Of a stretch of 64,000 nt of DNA, positions 1 through 11,359 are shown piece by piece. Source of the stretch: Fimbriosthenelais zetlandica. Taxonomy: Eukaryota. The position numbers were made by a program, and so were the translations under genes. Position 1 is the stretch's first letter. Each line of letters opens with the position of its first letter. Under the pieces are notes generated by a model. The model searched no databases. It saw nothing but the letters and a program-made list of their open reading frames with translations, and was not told where the DNA came from. The stretch spans positions 32,984,001-33,048,000 of the forward strand of contig OZ365109.1 in NCBI GenBank assembly GCA_977030845.1, given 5' to 3'.

Positions 1-108
1 GGAAACTTGAACAGGTGAGAAAAACTATTTTGAAATTTGTACAGCACTATAAATTTGAGCTTATAGGCTATTAATAATTTTGTTACAAATTTATAAATAA
101 GTTCTTGC

Positions 109-2481
109 CTTGTATGGGTATTCTTCACTGCCCATAAATATGAGATGTTCTAAAGTGTGGGGCAGACCGTCATCATCATGAGCTTCAGTGGCTGTAATAT
201 AGATATTTATGATTATTAGGCCTACCGTACTACAATAGTTTTCTGCATCTGGTCTCATGGTGATACCGCCGTACTCAATTTAGAATTCCAATCAAGACAG
301 TGGGTGGACTTTTACATGCCTCCCACTAGACACTGGGACACATGGTTGACCTTCTAAATGCCTCCTACCAGACTGTGGAAAACATGGTTAACCTTTTACA
401 TGCCTCCTACTCGACATTGGAAAACATGGTTGACCTTATATGCCTCCCACCAGACAGTGGGAAATATGGTTGACCTTTTACATGCCTCCAACCAGACTGT
501 GGGAAACATGGTTGACCTTTTACATGCCTCCCACCAGACAGTGGGAAATATGGTTGACCTTTTACATGCCTCCCACCAGACAGTGGGAAACATGGTTGAC
601 CTTTTTCATACCTCCCACCAGACTGTGGGAAACATGGTTGACCTTTGCTTTTACATGCCTCCCACCAGACTATGGGAAACATGGTTGACCTTTTACATGC
701 CTCCCACCGGACACTGAAAAACATGGTTGACCTTTTCCCTGCCTCCTACCAGACATTTTAAAACATGGTTGAGTCTGACCTTTCACATGCCTCCCACCAG
801 ACAGTGGGAAATATGGTTGACCTTTTACATGCCGATCCCACCAGAAACTCGGAAACATGGTTGACCTTTTACATGCCTCCCACCAGGCAGTGGGAAACAT
901 GACTGGCCTTTAACTTGACTCAGCTGCATTCTCGAGCATAGTGAGAAACGTGGGTCGTGGCTGGCCTCTATATGTATATATTTTGTATGTAATTAGTCTT
1001 TATAGGTCTACACATCCATGGACTGGCCATATTTTTACCCCTTGACATATATAGCTAACACAAACACGGGGTATAATCTGGGCTAGCCCAGTTTATACCC
1101 CTTGACATATATAGCTAACACAACCAAGGGGTATAATCTGGGCTAGCCCAGTTTATACCCCTTGACATATATAGCTAACACAACCAAGGAGTATAATCTG
1201 GGCTAGCCCATTTCATACCCAATGACATACATGTATCTAGCTAACACAACCAAGGGGTATAAACTGGGCTAGCCCAGTTTATACCCCTTGACATATATAG
1301 CAAACACAACCAAGGGGTATAAACTGGGCTAGCCCAGTTTATACCCCTTGGTATTTTACATATAGAGCACAGACTGATTTGGCTTAACACAGTCTAGATG
1401 ATAATGACTTCAACTTCAATAGGTTAAAGACCAAGAGGAAAGGACGGACAGGACTAACCAAAAAGCTATCGGATATTCTTTTATTTTATGAAAGATATTC
1501 TTTTTCCGATGTCCCTTCTCCCATATTATTATTAAATGATGTGTTCACTGATAGTGTTTGGGGCGTTTTATAATAGTTTAGATTCCTATATTATTTTTGC
1601 AAAATAAAGCAGCCTTCACCCTGGTTTCTTTACAATAAAGATGTGTAAACACGTAGACGTCTTCAGGAAGCCAGGTAATTAACTTAATTTCAAATAAAAA
1701 CCATGAAAACAAACAAACGTGACATTTTTCCCTGTTTTGGCCACAGTTTTCCCTGTTTTAGCCATTGTTTTAAGGGGGGTATATTCTGGGCTGGGGGGGT
1801 ATACTGTAGGCTAGGCTGGAATAGCCCCGGGGTATAATCTGGGCTAGCCTAAATTAACCCCCGGGGTATAAAATGGGCTAGGCTACAGTATACCCGGGTA
1901 TAAAACGGGAGGGGGGTTAAAATGGGCTGTTACACCTGCCAGTACTCAGAGTGGGAATTGATTAATTTTCCTGGTGAAATTATTTAGGCTTGACTTAGGC
2001 CATGGTATATGCTTATGCCTACAGTAGTAGTGACTGTAGTACAGGTAGGGCGTACGGTAGGCCTACCGGTACTAATAAAAGACTTCATTATACATGACTT
2101 TATTGATTAATTTGATACCGGTAGCGGTACCATGTTGCACAACTCGATCTATTCCAACCCTGCACCCCCCAACTACAATCTATAGTCAATACAACAATAG
2201 TAGGCCTACCGGTAGTCGGTACACATAATGACAGATCACATAATGATATGAGCAATACGGGCGGTACCGGTATTCTACAAGTCTGCTATAGGCCTAATAC
2301 TGCTGAATGCCATAAAAATTAATGGCAACTTACCCAAACAAAAATAGCCATTGACGAGTGGGCCCTCGACCTGAGCCAGAACGACGGTCATTCCCGTGTT
2401 GAGAGATTTATATTTGTAGACGGGAATGACAGCGTTCAGCTTACATTCTGTGATCAACTGGAAACCTTCTGAAGCTGCCAT
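109..2481 (-). CDS. M16-family zinc metallopeptidase (C. elegans C05D11.1-like), coding exons 1-2; gene continues beyond the left edge
   Basis: Exon 1 2481-2334 (MAASEGFQLITECKLNAVIPVYKYKSLNTGMTVVLAQVEGPLVNGYFCL, donor G|GTAAGT). Exon 2 191-109 (acceptor TTACAG; ATEAHDDDGLPHTLEHLIFMGSEEYPYK). Phases join (148+83 nt = 77 codons). The inverted zinc motif HxxEH (HTLEH) in the context DDGLPHTLEHL.F.GS..YPYK is typical of this M16 subgroup. Confidence 0.9.
302..905. repeat. About 42-bp minisatellite, about 14 copies (TTTACATGCCTCCCACCAGACAGTGGGAAACATGGTTGACCT), in M16 intron 1
   Basis: Unit read directly. Its 42-bp length explains the repetitive ORFs at 358-717, 396-593, 407-724, 440-688 and 670-900. 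Confidence 0.95.
1033..1350. repeat. 60-bp tandem array, about 5 copies, built of nested palindromes
   Basis: GGCTAGCCCA recurs at 1081, 1141, 1201, 1267 and 1327 (period 60, once 66). Each unit has the arms TTATACCCCTTG/CAAGGGGTATAA and the palindrome CTGGGCTAGCCCAG. Confidence 0.95.
1770..1937. mobile_element. Terminal fragment of a non-autonomous repeat sharing the GGGGTATAATCTGGGCTAGCC motif with the 60-bp array
   Basis: Repeated GGGTATA/GGGCTAG sub-motifs, ending GGGCTGTTACACC. Superfamily not determined. Confidence 0.45.
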
Positions 2482-3106
2482 GATGAGGGATATGTGGATT
2501 ATCGAGACGAATGGCCTCCAGATAGGAGATAGGAGGAATGCTGGAGCAGTAGAGACTCGAGCGACCCCTTGTGAATGCCGGCTGCAACCATACTGGCATC
2601 AATGAGGGGGGCACAATATTTTCTGTTACCGATATAAGTAGGCCTATACTTTTTTTTATATTAATTGATTTTATTGAACACGATCCAAACGTGATCCTGG
2701 GCATATAAAAATAATAAAGCCTACATTTTTATAATCATGATTTTGATTGTGTTCCTGGAAATTTAACCACATAATAATATCACTGTAGATTTCGGCATAG
2801 TTCGGAGTGCCCCCACCACCCTGACTTTTTCAATAATGGCCGCTTACCACCATGAATAACCGTGGTGGGCCTACAGGCTGCAATCTGCTAACATCTCTAA
2901 CTAAGGAACACCTCTAAACAATGAACACTGTTTCACAGTCCCATATTTTGGTTAACACCTAAAACCGACCCCTTAGACCAAGGATAGGCCTACTATCCTT
3001 GCTTAGACTTTGTTGGCACAAACGACAGAACACCGCTCTCCGCGACTGGAGGTAGAGAAAGATGAAATGGACCGCTTACATCAACCAAAACCATCCACGA
3101 GACAAT
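2482..3106. promoter_or_regulatory. Head-to-head, probably bidirectional promoter interval between the M16 peptidase and QSOX
   Basis: Divergent start codons at 2481 (-) and 3107 (+), 625 bp apart. YY1-like AATATGGCGGCC overlaps the QSOX ATG, and AATAATGGCCGC lies near 2832. Confidence 0.6.
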
Positions 3107-6100
3107 ATGGCGGCCGATGTGCATGTCTTACTCTTCCTCGCTCAATTATTTCTTCTTCCTCTGCTCCTCTCGGCGGAGGCTGAACGTGAGCTTTACAGAA
3201 AAGATGACCCTTTATCTATACTTCATGCTGGTAATTTTCATAAAGAGATCATAGGCACTGATCACGCCTGGATGGTGGAATTTTACTCGAGTTGGTGCGG
3301 TCACTGTATTCGCTTTGCACCAAATTGGAGGCAGCTGGCAAAGGAGGTGAAAGGTAGGGACGTGGCCATTCATTCAGCCGGTACTAACATATTGCCATTC
3401 TTTCCTAACATTTACAGGAATATAATAACTATGTTCTGTTTTGAATTTGCTTCGTTTTGTGTTGCAAATTGAAATAGAAAGCTATAGATCTAGACAGTGA
3501 CATTTTCAAAAACTCAAAGCTTCCAACATTGTCATGATTTTTCCCCTTTCAAGTTTTAACTTTAACTTTTAAGGCCTTTCAAATTGTAGTTAGTCCGGCA
3601 TTATTTTGTAGCTTACCGGGACCTGAAAAAGTTCTTGGGTGAAAGTAATGTTTGAATGCTCAGTCCGTGGTAGGCCCCTATTTGTTTATAGCTGAAATTA
3701 AGAATAAAAATAGTTTATTCTCTTCACATGAATTAACTTTAGTTTTATTTCTAGCCTGGAGCCCGGTGTTTCGGTTAGCTGTAGTTGATTGTGCACAAGA
3801 AGAGAATCTTGAACTTTGTCGGGACTACAACGTCGAGTCATATCCTACGTTAAAAGTGAGTCAAATATTGATAAGATTCCCATGTTCTGTCCACTTTGTA
3901 ATACTTCTACATCTCCTGATTAAAGATAGATACCGGTACCGTAAACCAAAAAAAATTTCCTTTGGTTATAAAATGAAAATTTTGTGTGGAGCAATAATCG
4001 TTATCAGTACCGGTAATAATATTCTCATGATAGACTCATATAAAGAAGAAAGATTAAGCGTTGGATTGAGGTCTGCTTTGCGTTTCCAAATGTTTTTGTT
4101 TTTTTAGTATAAATTTAGTTGACATAAAATGCCATGTTTGTTAACAGTGGATTGATGCGTACACCAAGGAGGGAGACAAAGGAGTAGCCTATGAGGGTGA
4201 CCGGGAAACAGTAGATTTAAAACACGCTATAATCGATCATCTCCAGAACCTCACAGGTTCACCTTCAGCACCAAGACTTCTACCTAAATTATCACCATTA
4301 AGGTACTCAAATAAAACGTCCACATTAAAATTAACCCCCACGGTCCATCCCACAAAAACCCAGATTGCATTAAGATTGCTTCCCGATAGTAATCCCGATT
4401 TGAAAGTTACCAATTGGAAATACATATACATGTAACTCTATTAAGCAGACAAAAAACTGGTCCTACTCACAAAATGACATATATTGTCAAAATGTCCCTG
4501 CTGTTTCAGTTGGATTTGTGTACCTGGTATGCTAAAATGAAGCTTTCTTCCACTGTAGATCTCTAGAAGATATATGGAATGATGTGACAGCGTCCACCCG
4601 ATTCACTGTAGTTTTCTTTGAGGAAGGTTCAAGCTACACTGGTCGAGAGGTGAGATGATCCAGCTCTTATTTTTTCTTAATTGTCACATAATTTCATCTG
4701 TTGTGTGAGACAATGAAGCGGCTCTCTAACCGATCTTTTATTGTTCTGACCTTCCTCTGTAAAACCATGAATGATTTCCTGATTCCTTGGACCGATTGAG
4801 AATAAAATGTTCCACCTTCCTCGGAGTGAAACCTATTAAATCTATATTTTTAATCTGATGACCATTTTAAACATTGAGGGCTTTATATAATCACGTGAGC
4901 ACACGCATCATCCGATCTTAAAGCGAGCCGGTCGCAGAATCTGGCAAGAATAATGTACATTTATTCCAAATATGTTTTGGCCTGATTCAACTGTTTTAAG
5001 TGCTCAACCGGTTCATTTTGTAAACACTGATAATCTATTTAATTTAATCATAATATCTGAAAAACTGGACCGTATAAAATCTGGCAAGAATAATGTATTC
5101 CAATTTTCCAAATATGTTCTGGCCAGATTCAACTGTCCTAAGTGCTCACCCGGTCCATGGGATTTTGTAAACACTGATTTTCAATTTATTAAATTAAGCA
5201 TAATATCTGAAAAACTGGACCGAATAAACACATAAAAACCTAAATGTTTGCACTTGAAAACCCTTTAACAACGTATAGTTTCTTTTTTTTAACCCTATTT
5301 AAAAACCTATACCGGTACATGTATTTAGGAGGGATGGCACTCTGAGATCTGCCATCGGGACTCATACTATTCTCTAATTATCATTCAAACATTAACACTG
5401 ACCTTCACTTTCTTAGGTCATTCTCGACTTCGCCTCTCGGACTGATCTCGTTCTGCGACGTATGACCAAGGAGCATATCGCCAAGTTTGGCATCAAGTCC
5501 TTCCCCTCCCTCTTCCTCATCAAAAAACTCGGTACATTTGACAAAATTGCCATGTAAGTTCAAAGATTCGAGAGATATTTATTCACCAAAAATATTTAAG
5601 ATTAGATAATTCGTCCTATATGGGTTTAGTTCAAAAAGTCTATTCTGAAAATAACGCCAGAAGTTGAAAGACCTATTGTCACTTTTTAATAACTTTCAAA
5701 TTCCTCCTTCCAAATTAACTTGTTCTGGATGTGTAACATTATTCATTCCGCTCGAACAAGCACGAACATGACCGTCGTTCTGGCTCAAAATGTAATGGCA
5801 CAGAAAGTGGTGTCAGATGTGCTTGTGCAGTTTTTAATGCTGAGTCCTGATTGATAGTATTTTTAATTAAACTTCACGGGTATTCCATTGTGTATTATGT
5901 AATAAATTCAGTGTATTTTGGGGTCATGCATACATAGCCTACATTAGGAACTATGGCCAGTTGGAATGCAAGTGCAATGCGGTCAAAACACTTGTTCATT
6001 TTATTCAATATCTACTAAATGATAAGCATTTAAATGTGCTACATGAATGGGGCCCTGTAAGGTTTTACTGGCGGGGTTGGATAATTCATCGGGGGCCACA

Positions 6101-8853
6101 AATTTTAAATTAAAGGGGAAATCATGTAGGCCTATATTCATCACTTAGTGACGTCATAGATCCCAAGGGCTTTTCTTGAAAAGAACTTTCTAATATTCTA
6201 TAATTTTTTACCAAATATGTTTCAGGATTTATAATTCAAGTTGTCTTTTTCTACAGGATACTAACTTATTCCCCGCTTTAACCGCTGGCTTTTCAGCGCT
6301 AATGTCTTATTCTCTATAAATCTTGTCGTCTCAATCTTCAGTAACACTAACCGGGAAGGGTTTGTGAAGGCGCTCAACTCGCTTCTCGGTATACACGAGA
6401 CTAAATTGATTGGAAGAGATGTGGAGGGAGGTATGGAGGAGGAGGAGGAGGAGCTGAGTAATGCTCCCCTCTCCAGGCTAGCCTGGAGTAACTACATCTT
6501 CATGGTGGACCTAGAATCAGCCCTCTATTACTCACTCAAACAAGAGGTGGCTGGCCACAACGACATCTCCGCTGATAAACTACAGGCTCTCAAATTATAC
6601 ATCACAGTTTTAGCCAAGGTGAGTTTTTTTTTTAGTTTTTTGTTTAATTCAATTCAATTCAATCAGCTTTATTGCGGACACATTTTTTAAATTTTGTATT
6701 TAGGATATTTATACATGCTATACAGAATATAAAAAGGTCTATATGCGATTTAACATAATTATATAATTTATATGTCTCATGGGGCAATAACAAAAAATAA
6801 TTAGTTCCTTAATTTTAAATCAGAATAGTTAAACGTAAAGCTGCTCTAAATCAGAGGGCGCAATATGGCACCTAGGTTTATATTGAAAGGCTTATAATAA
6901 ACGAACAATAGAAAGGCAGGAGACGTATTGAATGAACATGAATCGGGAAGCTTATTCACAATAAACCAGTCTGTCTTTCCTCACAGCTGCTGCGGTATTC
7001 ATGCTCCATGCCGGTTACTGTCAAATGGTTTTAGTTTCTCTCTGTATTATTACAGTATTTCCCCGGTAGAAAGCCGGTGATGGCGTTCCTCAGTCACCTC
7101 TCTCGGTGGATCCAGGTTGAGGAGGGTCCACTAACTGGGGACAGCTGGCTGCAGCAAGTCACTAAAATACAGGTCAGTAGAAAAGTTATTAACCCGCTTT
7201 GAGAATTCTTGCTTCCCTGTTGAGCCTATAGAAAGGTGTACGAATAGTGAAGGCTGTACTCACTTATATATAAGTGACTGTATAGTGAAGGACGTACTCA
7301 ATTCTGTGAGCTACTGTATCATTTTCGTGAGTTTCCTGTTGTATTCCTTTCCTAATATAACTCCCTATTATAAGGGCTGCTCCATATAATATACAAGGGA
7401 ATTTTGATAATCGAATACAGTATAGTATTTTTATTTTAATACCGGTACAGGATGAGGAGGGAGTATTGAGCGGGGAGGTGGTGTGGAAGTCGTGTGAAGG
7501 TAGCGTGGTTAAGTACCGAGGCTACCCTTGTGGTTTGTGGTTACTCTTCCATACACTTACAGTCAATGCTGTCCTCGACTCCCAAAATAGTAAGTTTTCA
7601 TATTTTATATCAATTTCCTTTATAGTGAAAATTCAATCAATCTTTGACCTACATCTGGCGCCAAAATGATTGATTATCGACCCCCATCACAATTTATACA
7701 TAATGAATTTTCATTGTGATAGCCCCGAAAGTATGCTATAAATCCATATTACAAAATGTATACTACAAATCCATATGTGAACTATGATAATTTTTCTTTT
7801 GTTATTTGAACTATGTTAATTTTTCTTGTGTTTTATCATAAACAACTGCTAAATTTGACATTTTGCCAATAAGTATGTAAATTGTCTCATAACTCTGGGG
7901 CCAACAGTAAAATGTGAATTATGTTAAATGTGAATTTGAATTAATGTGGACGTTTGACTGGAAATGCTCTCTAACATTTTACCGTGTGCGATTTTAAGGG
8001 AAAGATCTTTTCACTTTTGCAGCGGACTCCTATTTTTTGCGAGTCTCTGCTCAAATCACAGCGTTTTATATTTATGGAGAAAAACTAATAAGATATCATC
8101 AATTAATAAATATTTATTTGCCCCTCAGGCCCGCGTTTTAACCACCTGGAGGTGTTACTCTCAATGAGAGAGTATATCAGTAAATTCTTCGGCTGTCGCG
8201 AGTGTTCCAGACACTTCATGAAAATGGCGGTCAACATTGAACAGGAAGTGACGTCATCTGACGAGTCAATACTTTGGTTGTGGCGGGCCCACAACAAAGC
8301 CAATTTACGTCTCCACGGTGACCTGACAGAGGACCCCGCCCATCCTAAGATACAGTTTCCCCCGCCCGACCTCTGTCCATCCTGCCACCACCAACAGCAG
8401 ACCACAGACATCTTCATTGAGAAACAAATCCTTATATTTTTGAAGAAACAATATTCAGCCAAAAGCATTATACGACGTAGCCGGGAAACCGTTGTACGTG
8501 ACAATTTGATATTACCTCCCAAGGAAGAGGAGGAGGAAAACAACTATCAAAGGAAGAGGGATTTTGATGTTTTTGCATCGAAAAAGGGCCAGAAGGGGGA
8601 AAAAGTGGAGGGAGGGAGGGAGATGGAGGATGGGGAGAGTAGGATACGGAGGTTGCGATCAGCTGAGTTGGCGAGTCGTACCGGCTCTCACAGTGCGTTA
8701 GTGTTCACACATTGGGGGATTAACTCTCTAGACATTAGCCTCTGTGTGGTCTTTTACATAGTCTGCTGTGGTATTATCATTCTTCTCTATTATCATCTCA
8801 CACACAATCGCAGAATCAATTTTAAATTGTTCTGTACCAAAAGCCTGTGCTAA
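3107..8853 (+). CDS. QSOX: Sulfhydryl oxidase (quiescin Q6/QSOX family), 9 exons, 662 aa, membrane-anchored type
   Basis: Exons 3107-3353, 3755-3855, 4148-4302, 4559-4649, 5417-5553, 6342-6618, 7056-7172, 7451-7589, 8129-8853. All introns GT-AG, phases consistent, total 1989 nt. Signal peptide; thioredoxin WCGHC; DCA...C...YPTLK; Erv/ALR motifs GYPCGLWLLFH, FFGCREC, WLWRAHNKANLRL, KIQFPPPDLCPSC; C-terminal hydrophobic helix (LCVVFYIVCCGIIILLYY). Confidence 0.96.
4938..5228. repeat. Diverged tandem duplication (period about 140 bp) in QSOX intron 4
   Basis: AATCTGGCAAGAATAATGTA at 4938 and 5078. Both units share GATTCAACTGT..AAGTGCTCA, ATTTTGTAAACACTGAT and CATAATATCTGAAAAACTGGACCG. Confidence 0.85.
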
Positions 8854-8970
8854 CATTGAGTTCTTCTCTAGCTTGGCTATGATTTAATCAAGTAGCTCAC
8901 TATTATAGTAGCTCACATCAGTTAATACAGGGACATCCTTCACTATTTTGTCTGAATTTATCTTCGGGTA

Positions 8971-9322
8971 CAACTGCACTTGAAGGGCGTGCTGCCCAAA
9001 TCCAAGATGGCGGCCAGAAATCTCGCGAAACAAGACGCTTAGCAACGGAATAATTTCAAGGGAATAAGTGCATAATTTGTCGTTTTACACAGGGCTCGAA
9101 AATGCGAATGAAAATGTTGCATTGGCGAGAATAAAATTCCATCAGGTAGAATTTTCGAGCCCTGTAATATAGGTACTAGTTTGTAACCTAACCCTAAACT
9201 TCACCTCTAACATAAAAACCAAACCCTAACCTAATGCCTAAAGACATAAACCTGAACTTAGTAACAGGAGTCTCGGGAGATTTGGCCGCCATCTGAGATC
9301 GCAGGCCCTTAATGTGCAGTTG
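8971..9322. mobile_element. MITE with imperfect long TIRs (CAACTGCAC...GTGCAGTTG), just downstream of QSOX
   Basis: Left CAACTGCACTTGAAGGGC..AAGATGGCGGCCAGAAATCTCGCGA versus right TCTCGGGAGATTTGGCCGCCATCT..GGCCCTTAATGTGCAGTTG. Internal TAACCCTAA motifs. Confidence 0.7.
9090..9164. mobile_element. 75-bp minimal TIR element (CAGGGCTCGAAAAT...ATTTTCGAGCCCTG) nested in the MITE above
   Basis: Perfect 14-bp inverted repeat with hAT-like CAGGG termini. No 8-bp TSD seen. Confidence 0.7.
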
Positions 9323-10641
9323 AGCCTATCTTACAGTCTGTCCAAACTAAGTTGGACCCAAACCGCAGTACATTTCAATGAATAGACTTGGTCAGGCGTT
9401 AAGAGCAATATTCCATGAGTGTGCACTTGCTCAGAAAGATACCGAGATATTTTTACAAGACAGTGAAGGGTGTACCGATTATGTCGGCTGCTGCAGATTT
9501 GTTTTATATGTTATTTTACTAGGTAAAATATAGTAAAGTGAGGTTTGACGCTACCGTATGATATTTCTATTATTTATATAATTTTTAACCCTCATTTAGT
9601 ATTTCTTGTACACGGTGATAATTTTGCGGACTGCCAAAAATTGTTGTGTAAGTTTTTCCCATTCAAAAGGATAAGGTGTCACCTCAGAGACATGAGACTG
9701 CCCAGTAGCATATTAGCCCTTCTCTAACTTTGTCAACAATTGAAACAGAAGCATTAGCGTATAAGCTTTATCTAGGAAAAGACTTAATGTGATATGCCAT
9801 CAAGCTTAACACATATTTATAGTCCAGGCTTTTTATTCTTGCTGACGTCTTACTTTTAATTATCTTTTCTAAAATCATAAAAAGTAGTATCATGAGTGTC
9901 ACCTAGATTGTTAGAAGGACCAGTGTTAGATACGCTTTAATTTTGGGTTGATATATCTTCATGGTTAATATGCAGTATGTGGTGCAAAAGTGTGTTGAGA
10001 ACCGTGCAATCTGTGAGATCATCCGAGTAATTATCTTCTGTGAAATAACAATTTTATCTGCAAGGTTGTTCCTGCAGTTTAATCTCTATATTATTAACGT
10101 GAGTATTTTTAAATGTTAAATTAAAACGAGTCGGTATATTTGTACTTATATTTGTCGGTATAACTTGCACATAACCCAAGGGTAATTGGATTGGGCTTTA
10201 TTTAAACCTAACGTGCACAGATGACATTAATATTGTACGGTCTCAATTCAGCAAGATTTGAAGTGATAACAAAAGAGACAATATTTATTTATAAATAATT
10301 GGTTTCTTATCAGTGGTGGTTATCACCTAATCACCTCTAGATTGGTCCCGTGATAATGCGATGCAAGTTTTATGTTCTCACTTGTGTCACAAATTAGATG
10401 TTAAAATGTCGATTGTCGGTTTATTATGGAGATCGGTCAATAAAATTAATAAGTGTATCTGCATAACCTTCTTTTGAAACAAGCATCTATTGGTAATTTG
10501 GGTTAAGCAATGTGAGACGCTATGACAGGATATACATGTATATATAAATTGAAAAAAAGACTATTTGTGGTACAACATTCTGTCAGGCAGGATGCATATC
10601 ATTTGACAGGCAGTCTATGGCGTCCCAACGACCTATCCCCC

Positions 10642-10841
10642 TGTTGTACAAGGAACCTCGCCAATGGCGAGGGTCGGCGAGAGAAACTCGCCGAGCGATT
10701 GCTTTGTTCAAGTACTGATTTCTTGAAAATGCATTTTCCAAGCATTGTTTTCTCAAGAATATTGCTTGTACAATTCAATTTTATCGAAGAGGGTAGCCTC
10801 GCCGAGGTTTGCCATCGACCCATCGATTTACTTGTACAACA
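10642..10841. mobile_element. About 200-bp MITE (TGTTGTACAAG...CTTGTACAACA); related copy at about 25300-25497
   Basis: 11-bp perfect TIR. Internal GGCGAGGG/CCTCGCC motifs and GAGCGATTGC are shared with 25300-25497. Confidence 0.7.
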
Positions 10842-11359
10842 CCCTGTATATTGAACAATGTAAGTAGATAATGAACATATTTAAGGAAGATCTATAATGA
10901 ACATATTTTTCAAACATTTATTATATGTTTGCATTGTTATACGAATTGGAGGATGCATATGACTCCCAATAGAAATCTGTCTAAATAAAAGAGTACAACA
11001 TTTACACATTTACATTTTTGCTGTTGAACTGGCGCTGACGCCATTGTTTTAAAAGCTGATAAAATATTCAATAAAAAAAAGTTATGTATTTCGTCCTATT
11101 TGTGACGAGAGGTCATTGGCTGATGAGCTATTTTAACACTGTGTTGAAAGTCATCATAAAGGGCAAGCAATGTCTCACACTTTTCTGTTGAGAATTAAGC
11201 ATGTGATGATTTCTAGAAAACCAGGCCCGTGTTCTTATGGTATGCTTCAATCGCGATATCAATCTGGCTATTATGGTATCTATTAGGCCTTTTGAGTATT
11301 CGAACTAGAATCCTAGACATTGACGTTTAATATCTGCTCCTGAATGAATGAATGTTAGT

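Noticed and set aside
358-900. Five repetitive ORFs (MPPTRLWKTWLTFY...)
   Set aside because: They are by-products of the 42-bp intronic minisatellite and are open on both strands.
302-1350. CRISPR-like appearance of the regular arrays
   Set aside because: Eukaryotic intron, head-to-tail units with no unique spacers, and no cas genes.
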